A program made the position numbers and the translations under genes. A DNA stretch of 63,781 nt, the filler included, from Octopus bimaculoides (Eukaryota), in NCBI RefSeq assembly GCF_001194135.2. It is 5 parts of 5 records of this genome, joined end to end, with 100 filler letters (N's around TTAATTAATTAA, not from the genome) between each part and the next. Parts side by side here need not be neighbours in the genome. Positions count along the whole stretch, not along the records: positions 41,542 to 55,817 come from NC_068996.1; positions 55,918 to 58,841 come from NC_068987.1; positions 58,942 to 63,781 come from NC_068982.1; 2 more parts are not named here. One strand, 5' to 3'. Below the pieces are notes generated by a model, which was not told the origin of the DNA, searched no databases, and saw nothing but the letters and a program-made list of their open reading frames with translations. Below are positions 53,542 through 63,781 of this stretch, in pieces. The first letter of the stretch is position 1. Each line of letters opens with the position of its first letter.

Positions 53542-55194
53542 TGGATGTATATGTATATATATTGTAGCAATTAATATATATTTTACACATATAATTAAAT
53601 GGAAAAAGGGATAAAAAAGATATCCTGGCAGATATAAATAAAGCATTCAGTATTAAAAGAATTTGGTTAAATGTTCAGCAATCAGATACCAATAAATGTA
53701 ATTAGAATACATAACCCAGGTAAATCCTCATGCATGACAGGTAAATCCAAATATCCTTTGGCAAGATTTTGAGAAATTTAGAGTATTTAATTTAAAAAAA
53801 ATGCGTATAGAGAAAATTATATCTTTATTATAGATTTCACCTTATAAAGCCCACAATTGTTTCTACTGAATATATATATAAAATATCATTAACTTTAATA
53901 TCATTAAGATTAATATTTCTGAAGATGTATACTAACACAATGTTATCAAGGTGATCCAAAATTAGTGAAATTCAAATTGAACATATGGAATATTGCCAGT
54001 ACACAAGTGTCTACAAAAAGAACACATAGAGGGATTTTAATCTACGACATTGCTGTACTCATCTAATTAGTGGGTAATGAAATGATAAAAAACAACTGTA
54101 AAAAATTCTACATTACAACAATTAGAAACAGAAAAATATAATCTAAAAAAGGCTATTTTTGTATTCAATTATTGGTGACGTCACTGGATAACTATAGAAT
54201 AAAAAATAAACATAAGAATTCTACACTATGGTTATTAGAAACAGAGATATTATGTCACAGCAATTAGTTATCAATTTATTAAATGTAGTAAAAATTTTAG
54301 AAGAATTAACCTTATTATATAATATATGAAAAGCTATTATAATTAAGAATTTCTACTAGTTCTCCTCTTAGAACTAGGCATTACAGTGGGATTATTATTA
54401 TTACAATTAATGTTAAAGCTAAGTGATAACCTAAGTGTAATTACTTAGAAAATCAAAACCTTCAGAAAGATTATCATTAGAGTTAATTTCACAGTATTTC
54501 ACTATTCTATTCCTGTTTATAGAGTGAGATATTCCCTAATTCTCTGTTTATTGTATGCTACTATAATCCCAGCTAAATTTCTGGCTGAGATTATAGCAGG
54601 GGTTTATTCTAGTGTTTTCTAGTGGTTGAATATGAAAACTTTATACTATGGCGATAAAACAATTTCCCATATTTACTTGAAGGTGCACTAGATAAGTATT
54701 TTCCATATTCAAGTAAATATGGGAAATTATTTAATCACCATACATACATACATACACACATACATACATACATACATGCATACATACATACACGTATATA
54801 TACCAACAATTGAGAGCAGTTGCCATATTTCATTCCATAATGACTATCTCTGAAGAGCACAGGGTTAGATAATTGGACTGTTATCTAACACTCTGTTGAA
54901 CCCCCACTGCAAAACTGATTGATAAGATCAGCTGGAATGGATTAATAACACTGTACATTTCAATTAATATATATTAGAAATAATACATTTCTAAATCTCT
55001 CAGAGAGACTTAAGCAGTAGTGGTGCGATAAAGTAGTTGTATACTGCCAACTTAACGTGACAGTCCCAATAAGGGAATATACTACTGCTATTTAGCCCTA
55101 GGAAGCTGGACCGCTTCCTGTCGGCCTTGACACATTTCCTGTACCCTTATCCTTACAAGGGGGAGACAAACTCCTGCACCCAGCCCAGCCTGCA

Positions 55195-55237
55195 TTCAGG
55201 GACATGTTTCTGAGTCTTTGCTCGTCATCAGCCTGAA
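55195..55237 (-). ncRNA. Minimal type I hammerhead ribozyme (family A, copy 1)
   Basis: UUCAGG-CUGAUGA-CGAGCAAAGACUCA-GAAA-CAUGUC^CCUGAA: 6-bp stem I, GAG/CUC stem II with a C.A mismatch at the base, palindromic ACAUGU stem III, GUC cleavage triplet. Confidence 0.78.
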
Positions 55238-55546
55238 GTAGCATGGCGGGCTAGCTGAAGAAATCTGTCTCAGCTTCGTAAGGATATACTATTTCAGTGA
55301 GATACTATCCACTGGTAACAAAAATTAGAAATAATGAATTTCTAAATCTCTCAGAGAGACTTAAACAGTAGTGATGCGATAAAGTTGTTGTATACTGCCA
55401 ACTTAACGTGACAGTCCCAATAAGGGAATATACTACTGCTGTTTAGCCCTAGGAAGCCAGACGGCTTCCTATTAGGTCTTGACACACTTTCTGTGCCCTT
55501 ATCCATACAAAGGGGAGACAAACTCCTCCAGCCAGCCCAGCCTGCA

Positions 55547-55587
55547 TTCAGGGACATGTTTCTGAGTCTTTGCTCGTCATCAGCTTG
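55547..55587 (-). ncRNA. Minimal type I hammerhead ribozyme (family A, copy 2)
   Basis: Same core as copy 1, 352 nt away. The 5' strand of stem I reads CAAG (one A.C mismatch) and is truncated at the inversion junction. Confidence 0.62.
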
Positions 55588-55597
55588 GTTGTGCTAC

Positions 55598-55640
55598 ATC
55601 AAGCTGATGACGAGCAAAGACTCAGAAACATGTCCCTGAA
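55598..55640 (+). ncRNA. Minimal type I hammerhead ribozyme (family A, copy 3, inverted)
   Basis: UCAAG-CUGAUGA-CGAGCAAAGACUCA-GAAA-CAUGUC^CCUGAA on the plus strand; mirror image of copy 2. Confidence 0.62.
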
Positions 55641-56038
55641 TGCAGGCTAGGCTGGGTGGAGGAGTTTGTCTCCCCCTCGTAAGGATAAGGGCACAGGAAA
55701 TGTATCAAGGCCTAATAGGAAGCGGTCTGGCTTCCTAGGGCTAAATAGCAGTAGTATATTCCCTTATTGGGACTGTCACGTTAAGTTGGCAGTATACAAC
55801 TACTTTATATATATATANNNNNNNNNNNNNNNNNNNNNNNNNNNNNNNNNNNNNNNNNNNNTTAATTAATTAANNNNNNNNNNNNNNNNNNNNNNNNNNN
55901 NNNNNNNNNNNNNNNNNGTACATACATAATTACATAATACATATATATATATATGTATGTATACATGCATGTTGATATGTATATATATACGTGTGTGTGC
56001 AGGTGTCTAGTTTAAGCATGTGATATGTGTGTGTGCGC

Positions 56039-56085
<47 letters not shown>

Positions 56086-56884
56086 CGTGCCTGTGTGTGT
56101 GTGTGCGTCTGTGTGTGTGTGTTTGTACAGTCATACTGCTGTTGTTTAAAATGCCTATCTATAATTACCGTTTTGCAGACGCTTGTTGTGTTCACCGATT
56201 ATAAACTACATTCCATCCACAAGCTAGACCAGCTTGCTCTCTTCACCTGATCATAATGCCACGTGACAGCGACTGCTTTATGGCTATTTGGTTTAAAAGA
56301 ATGAAGGAACCAATAACGCTGTATGTTACCTTGAGGCGTTCTGCCTTTAATCATATTACTAATATGCATAATCAGTTTCACCACTTACCCTATATATAAG
56401 TCTGTACATACATACATACATANNNNNNNNNNNNNNNNNNNNNNNNNNNNNNNNNNNNNNNNNNNNNNNNNNNNNNNNNNNNNNNNNNNNNNNNNNNNNN
56501 NNNNNNNNNNNNNNNNNNNNNNNNNNNNNNNNNNNNNNNNNNNNNNNNNNNNNNNNNNNNNNNNNNNNNNNNNNNNNNNNNNNNNNNNNNNNNNNNNNNN
56601 NNNNNNNNNNNNNNNNNNNNNNNNNNNNNNNNNNNNNNNNNNNNNNNNNNNNNNNNNNNNNNNNNNNNNNNNNNNNNNNNNNNNNNNNNNNNNNNNNNNN
56701 NNNNNNNNNNNNNNNNNNNNNNNNNNNNNNNNNNNNNNNNNNNNNAACGTGGACAATTAATGCGCTAGAAATAGATCACATTTTGTGTCTATTAAGACCT
56801 AAAAAGTTCTCAACATGAAATATAGCAGCATACCAAAAACGTGAGCGGGCAAGACATTTAAAATCACCTAAAAAAATCATTATT

Positions 56885-56950
56885 AAACAGGAACCAGGTT
56901 TCGGATTTAACAAATTCTTACCATTTGTCTATTCCTCATCAGCCTGATTT
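56885..56950 (-). ncRNA. Type I hammerhead ribozyme motif (family C)
   Basis: CAGG-CUGAUGA-GGAAUAGACAAAU(GGUAAGA)AUUUGUUAAAUCC-GAAA-CCUGGUU^CCUG: 4-bp stem I, extendable by AAA/UUU; long stem II with two mismatches; near-palindromic stem III ACCUGGU; GUU triplet. Confidence 0.75.
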
Positions 56951-58386
56951 GTAATGTAGCAGTAATTTTCAGAATCCTATACATAGTTGCCCACCGCCAT
57001 GTGTGCGCGTGCATATGGTTCTGCTAATTACAGCTTAATGGTAAAGTTCAAAAGACAAATGGTAAGAATTTGTTAAATGTATGTTTGTATGTATGTATAT
57101 ATGTATGTATATATGTATGTATGTACGCATGTTTGTATGTGTGTACATGTATTTGCGCTTATTATGTCTACGTCTAAATAGAATACTTCCCGCTGAGGTG
57201 GTTTAATAATACCATTTAAGTGTCTGTTGTCTTGCTCAGCAGGTTTCAAAGACAGGATGACCATGTTTGGAAATGTCTTTGTTTATAAGCATTCTCGATG
57301 GCCATGTCTTACCTAAGTTAAAATAAAACACTAACAGTAAATAGTTCGTATGCCATCGAGCCTAGGAAGGTAAAATGTAAATTTAGTGCCGGTGGAATGT
57401 GATCTCAAAACTTTAACGTGCATGGCTACATAGCTTAAAATATTCTGCCTTCAACCTTTACTGATTCTCACATTCACCGATTTTTTTTTTTGTTACTTAT
57501 GCGTTAATTATCGCTCCTAATTAAATGAGAATAAAGAATTCTACCTAAGTGCTCATGGCATAAATACCACCCAACCTGTTATTTTACATTAATAGAAGCG
57601 TGTAGTACAAAAAGGAAGTGGCGAGGAATGAGAACACGCAACACAACAAGGAAATAGTTGTGAGAAATGACAACATTAGATTCCTGAATGTCTGCAAGCT
57701 GTTCATGGTTAATTAATTTCTTCGCGTTTGTTTTATCGGGGCAGATTCTTGAAAATACAAAAGATTCCTTTGTTTCTAACGAATCTAAGGAATACTTTGC
57801 AGTTTCCATGTTCTGGCATCTTTTTCTTTAAGACTTTCTGATGCCAGACTGCCATAACAGAATTATATACCTGATGCAATATAATCTACGAGGCTGGTAG
57901 TCTATATTGTCTCTCCACCCTGAAGACGGAGGCTGGATCTATCCAATGCTTATTTGTTTCCATTATTGATTGCATATTTCGGTGAACTACATCTGCCAAC
58001 ACTGTACCTCAATACACAGCTATCGGACTCGTAGCACCATATTTTCTTCCCTTTAATTTGTTGTGCTTTTGTAGTCTGTAAGTTTGCGCTGTTGATATAT
58101 AAATATCTATATATATTTAAACTTGAATATTCATCGCCTAGAAATGTTCAATCTTTGCTTTCTCTCTATTTATAGGTATACATGTATATCAAACCCAAGT
58201 AGTTTTCTTTGTTTATTTGTATCATTGTCTCCATATGTATTCACCTGGATGCCTCTTATAGTCACTCTTTATCCTGCAGAGCTGATCCTCGGTAAAGGTT
58301 TCGGAGTGAAAGTTCAAATAATTTGAATAGTATAAAGTGTCTGGATTCCATTTGTTAATTTTGTCTTTTTTTTCTCTCTCTTTGTG

Positions 58387-58426
<40 letters not shown>

Positions 58427-58941
58427 AGTGTGTGCGTATGTATGTATGTATATTACGTCATATGTAAACAAACATAAGTTTGTGCTTTAAGCGCTGAAAT
58501 GTATTGTAGTACAAGTAGAAAGATATATTTTTCAATGCGTAAATACTAATAGAAGAGCATATATAGGATAAAATCCTTTTAGAGCAGAAAAGTTTGTAGG
58601 CAACCAGCCATGAGGACCGATCCCATACCACTCTAATATCCGGTCATAGTGCTCTACCTTTAAGCTAAATTGCCGACCGACAAATTCTTCTGCAGTTTTA
58701 GAAGTTATAAAGTCATCCAGAAACGCTAAATGTCATATAGACTACGTCATATGTAAACAAACATAAGTTTGTTTTTGAAGCGTTGAAATGTATTGTACAG
58801 CACTCTGACCGGATATTACGGGGGTGGTGGGGAGTTCGATCNNNNNNNNNNNNNNNNNNNNNNNNNNNNNNNNNNNNNNNNNNNNTTAATTAATTAANNN
58901 NNNNNNNNNNNNNNNNNNNNNNNNNNNNNNNNNNNNNNNNN

Positions 58942-59024
<83 letters not shown>

Positions 59025-61024
59025 GTTGTGTATATACGTGTGTGTGTGTGTTTGTAATACATAAGTATTGAGAAATGTCTATATCTTACGAGTGCTTCTT
59101 ATTGATTCGAATTTGGGCGACATTAATACGATTGCAATAGAGTTCAACATTTTCTCAGTATGAATGTAAGACCTAGACATGAACACAGCAACCCTAAAAA
59201 AGAGATGGATAGAAGATGCACTAGGCAGGAAAGGAATATATAAATGAACAATGATACACATCATTTATCACGAATAGGAATAATTTGTTTTGATACTTCT
59301 GATTTCTTTTCTGTGTTTCTTCGTTGTGTCTGCTTCCTTATTTCTAAATCGGTTTGTTTGACGTTTGTTGTTGTTGTTATTTCCCTGTAGATCAAACCTA
59401 AAATTGTACATCCGGAGGAATCATGTCTTTTCCTTCGACGTGTAGGACCTCAATAAATATGAGCCTCTTCATATACTTTGATGGAAAAAAAAATACGTCC
59501 AAAAGATGTTTCACATGTGATTGACTGTGATGCCTTTCCATGTAATGTATATTTGGAACACACATTTCCTAGTAGTTTTCCTTCTTTAAGAAGCTAGGAT
59601 GACAGTCGAAAGATATTTTGTTACACTTTGTTGCATAAAAAATTATTATTTAAGGCAAAGGTATCGGTTTGTGCAATCGTATTCACAATCGTCGCTGACT
59701 CAGATATATAGGTAGAAATGGAGACATATTGTAGCTTTAGGAATACAATATTTTGTATTTATGCAACTAGACACTTTTCTGCCTACATGTATGTTAATGC
59801 GAGTGACAATTACTCTATATTTGTCTGCAGTGCATATAGTTACACAATTGCAACGGTTAACGCTGAAAGCTAGCATTTATGATGCTGAGGTTGAACACCA
59901 AATAGACTTATCAGGGATATATACATATCAAAGACACATTCATATTTTATCTAGCTCTATGCATAATAGAACAGGTTCTCATGTCTGTTACTGCAACTAT
60001 ATAAACTAATATAGTTAGCAGCAGCTAAATCAGTTATACTAATATCATTTGAGAAAGAAAATCAAGACTGTTATATGACATCATAGATAAATAAATCATC
60101 TACATATACGTGTTGCGAATGCGGCTATAATTTAAAACCGACTGAGCAGTTTTTAAAAATTTATTTAAACTCTTCCTAGTCAAAATATACACGACTTATA
60201 CTACTCAATGTGTTCATTCTTTTATAAAAGGTGTGATCATAATCAGTGGAAGATTTTGCTGCAATTTCTAACCATTGAGTGACACACTCCCCCCATTTAG
60301 TAACACTCCAAAGTTGGTCAGCCAAGTGATACCTGACCACATAGCCGCTGCTACTGTAGCAGTTAGAGTTTCTAGCGTTCGGAATATAACATAATATGTC
60401 AGATATGTTTCTGCATCTAGTAATATCCATCACTCAACATAAAGTAAGCACGTTCATTAATACAATACTTCACAACCAATGGAAGCAAGATAGTATGGTC
60501 TATAGAAATATTTTCTTTGACGTGGATGCACAAGTATGTATGCAAATATAACATAATATACTATATGGTTCTACATATCATATTCGTAATAACCAGAGCT
60601 ATAAATTCTGATATAATCGTTAACGATAAATCTATTACAGCTTTAAAACTTATTGTATGCAAATAGTGTTCTATCAAGTTTTCCTCGTCAGAGATTATTT
60701 ATAATCCCTACTTCTATTTTAATTTGCTGCTGAATAAGTAGGCAGCGTCTGGTCGATTTAAACTCAAATTTTGAAAAGCGGCAAGAAATCCGACAAAGCA
60801 TTTTTGATAGTCTAAATATGCATTATGTAACCCTAACCCTAACCTAAACCTCAACATTGTGCAGCTTATGTATAAATGACAACATATTATTCGAATCATT
60901 TCCTCCAACTGTACAACACAAAATTATAAACTTCATATATATTTTAAATAACATAAATGGTATACATAGTCAAACACATCCCCACACTTACACGTACATA
61001 CATACACACACACACACATACAAA

Positions 61025-61303
61025 CAGTACCGCCGCCTCACCGAGGCGATGACTACTGACCGAGACCTTTGGAAATGTGCTGTGCATGAGAAGACCCGGC
61101 AAGCCAAGTGAGATCGTTGCCAGGGCCCCTGGACTGGCTCTTGTGCGGGTGGCACATAAGATGTACCAACCTGAGCGTGACCGTTGCCAGTACCGCCTGA
61201 CTGGCCTTGTAGGGTTTTCGAGCGAGATCGTTGCCAGTGCCCCTGGACTGGCTCTTGTGCGGGTGGCACATAAAAGACACCATTTCGAGCGTGGCTGTTT
61301 TCG
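61025..61303 (+). mobile_element. Young RTE 3' end fragment
   Basis: RLTEAMTTDRDLWKCAVHEKTRQAK plus the same 3' UTR repeats; truncated by a gap. Confidence 0.85.
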
Positions 61304-61639
61304 NNNNNNNNNNNNNNNNNNNNNNNNNNNNNNNNNNNNNNNNNNNNNNNNNNNNNNNNNNNNNNNNNNNNNNNNNNNNNNNNNNNNNNNNNNNNNNNNN
61401 NNNNNNNNNNNNNNNNNNNNNNNNNNNNNNNNNNNNNNNNNNNNNNNNNNNNNNNNNNNNNNNNNNNNNNNNNNNNNNNNNNNNNNNNNNNNNNNNNNNN
61501 NNNNNNNNNNNNNNNNNNNNNNNNNNNNNNNNNNNNNNNNNNNNNNNNNNNNNNNNNNNNNNNNNNNNNNNNNNNNNNNNNNNNNNNNNNNNNNNNNNNN
61601 NNNNNNNNNNNNNNNNTATATATATATATATATATATAT

Positions 61640-62230
61640 ATGTACTGTTGCCCACAGTCGTTCCCCGTACGAAACAACAAATTATGAAAGTAGAAGCACT
61701 TCAAAGGTCCATAAGAAGACAGATAGACGGCATGAGAAGCATTGATTATATGTTTGACTAAAAAACTCAACCTCTACTCTTTCGAACGCCGCCGCAAGCG
61801 CTACATCATTTGTGTTATGCGGAAAATATTCCATCAATAGTGCACAAATGATGGTGGCAATCAATTTTAAAATCCATCCAAGACTTGGCCCCTGTGCGAT
61901 CTGCCCAGTTCAAAAATCAAACTCGGTACACATTCCAACATTAATTCACAATTACTTTAGCTCAACCTGTCCATCTCTCTTTAATACCATACTAAAATAC
62001 ATCAAAACGGAAACGGATCCCATAAAGTTCAAATGTTTACTGGACAAATATCTTCAGAAAATCTCGGACCAACCTCCCACACCCGGATATTCCTACAACA
62101 ATAATAACTTTTCGTTAGAGTGGGCTGTTTCCCCATGTTTGACTAAAAACCTTCATCAGGTGGTACTACTGAGTTAGACATGGCCTGGGCCTTTATTGGC
62201 CGAGACATATCAAAATTATCAAAGTGATAT
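61640..62230 (+). mobile_element. CR1-like LINE 3' fragment
   Basis: LNLYSFERRRKRYII...FKCLLDKYLQKISDQPPTPGY motifs; begins at a (TA)n run. Confidence 0.7.
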
Positions 62231-63442
62231 ATTTATAAATATATATATATATATATACAATTTAATTTATATAAGGTAATTACTATACAATAATGACTCA
62301 CGCTTAGAGGGACTCCATAAGTCAAAACTACCAAAATAAGCACCTTTTTACAGATCGCGAGTGAATGCAACTTTCAGAGCTAACCTCCTAAAAACTTTTA
62401 ACGTAACGGTAAACCAACGGTTTCATAATTAATGCAGCAAACTATGCAGTAAACTGCATCTTTTATTCATCAGTACACGTATGGTCAAGACACATAAAAA
62501 TAAACAAATAAAAAAAATAAATGTACACGCATAGATACACATATAGATATTTGCTTGAATAAATTTAAAAAACAACGGAAACAATCACAAAAAATAACAA
62601 AATCATATTTCTAGAGAAAAGAATATTGACACATATAAACTCGCAGGTTCGTGGTTATCTTGTCCACAATCTGTCAACGGCGAAATTCCATGGTAAACAA
62701 ATGTTTCTACTCACAAAAATATTCTCCACAATCGGTTGGTCGAGAAAAACATCTTACGCAACCGATATTGCTACTCAGGACAATAAAGTTGTCCAGAAAT
62801 ACTTTCACAAAAGACAGATACATAAATATATTTTCTGACCCACAGCATTAATTTACAACTGTATGTACACATACACAAAGACACACGTGAATACACACAC
62901 ACACACACACACACACACGCGCGCGCGCGCGGGCGCACGCACTCGCACACACACACAAACTGAAGGGACATAAATATTCCAACAATAATGATATGTAAAT
63001 GTTATTGCAAGAAGATCGCAGTACATAGAAATCCTATGGAGAGACAAATTCTTAGTTTCCGTTGCAGTAAGACTATTCAGAATAAATACTAGACATTAGA
63101 ACTACAAGATATATGATCCTGAATAGCATTCCTTAATGATTAAACATTTAACGTTGTCGTATCAATTCTCAGTCGGTTAAAATTGTAACGATATTGTAAC
63201 AAAACCATTTTCTGTTGAATAATTTCGGATTGGATTGCACGAGAAAATGGTATCAGCCAAAGACTTATGATTAAATACCAAACAAAATGTTGCGTGGTGC
63301 TGGGACTCTGAAGTAGAATGATATGTACGCAACTTTTAATGATTATATGTCAGTGTGCATAACAAACGCACGAATATGTCCACTAATATACGTGTATGTA
63401 TGTATGTATGTATTCATATTTGGATGTATGTAAGTATCTACG

Positions 63443-63469
<27 letters not shown>

Positions 63470-63474
<5 letters not shown>

Positions 63475-63720
63475 GTAGTATATTGCCACTTAAGTGTGGC
63501 TGACCCCTAGGGGTGGATGTTACTGTTGCTTTTAGCCCCAGGAGGACATCTCCTCCAGCTGGCTTATCGACACACGACTGTATCCTGTTTGCCAAGGGAG
63601 TTATCCCTCTCACCTCGGCCAGCAGCACGAACGTATCCGGATTTCAGGGTTATTTCCCTTCGTCGGCGCTCGACAGCTGATGACCTTGGTGAGAGAGACA
63701 AATCTGGCAAATCTTATATC
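63470..63720 (-). mobile_element. Divergent relative of the family A hammerhead element
   Basis: Shares motifs TATAYTGCCA(A)CTTAA and TTTAGCCCYAGGARG. Similar distance (~165-170 nt) from the AAAGT end to the cleavage site; abuts (TA)n. Confidence 0.6.
63628..63672 (-). ncRNA. Type I hammerhead-like motif with variant core CCGACGA (family A-related)
   Basis: CGAGCG-CCGACGA-AGGG(AAAUAA)CCCU-GAAA-UCCGGAUA^CGUUCG: 6-bp stem I with one G.U, 4-bp stem II, palindromic stem III AUCCGGAU, AUA triplet. U4 is replaced by C. Confidence 0.65.
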
Positions 63721-63781
63721 TTCTTTTCCAGTGGCATTCTTCACTGATATTGAAAAGGTGAAAACAAGCAATGTTAATTCT

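Larger units (their letters stand above)
54973..55810. mobile_element. Retrozyme-like / pseudo-LTR-like array: two ~351-352-nt tandem units plus an inverted partial unit
   Basis: Direct repeat with period 351-352 (54991 vs 55342; 55201 vs 55553). A ~210-bp inverted copy follows after a 12-nt spacer. Each unit carries a hammerhead, and the inverted copy ends at (TA)n. Confidence 0.75.

Noticed and set aside
53600-54500. AT-rich stretch that may be decayed coding sequence upstream of the hammerhead array
   Set aside because: Stops in all frames; no RT or GIY-YIG motif recognisable by eye.
57915-57950. Hammerhead-like CCCTGAAGACGG...
   Set aside because: No GAAA or stem I partner; at most a decayed motif.
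59415-59465. Minus-strand ATGAAGA-GGCTCA...TGAG...CACGTC hammerhead-like relic
   Set aside because: C3/U4 and GAAA are missing and stem I does not pair.

Overview
This is eukaryotic, AT-rich, repeat-dense genomic DNA with many N-gaps. The SINE/RTE repertoire is most consistent with an octopod cephalopod (inferred, not database-checked). The only protein-coding host gene I can support is a spliced MOCS2 (molybdopterin synthase) locus on the minus strand, about 5.5-27.7 kb. It encodes both subunits: MOCS2A (ends ...IPPISGG*) and MOCS2B (148 aa). The two ORFs do not overlap; after splicing they lie in the same frame, 12 nt apart (TAA TCC ATT TCT GCA ATG). The rest is transposon debris: RTE LINEs, R4/Dong-like, CR1-like and Penelope-like fragments, tRNA/CORE SINEs, a split mariner, MITEs and microsatellites. 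The most striking unannotated signal is six minimal type I hammerhead ribozyme motifs in four sequence families (33.9, 55.2-55.6, 56.9 and 63.6 kb), all with palindromic or near-palindromic stem III. One family is a 352-nt tandem unit plus an inverted copy, matching the architecture of metazoan non-LTR retrozymes or Penelope pseudo-LTRs. All RNA folds were derived by eye and none is experimentally confirmed.
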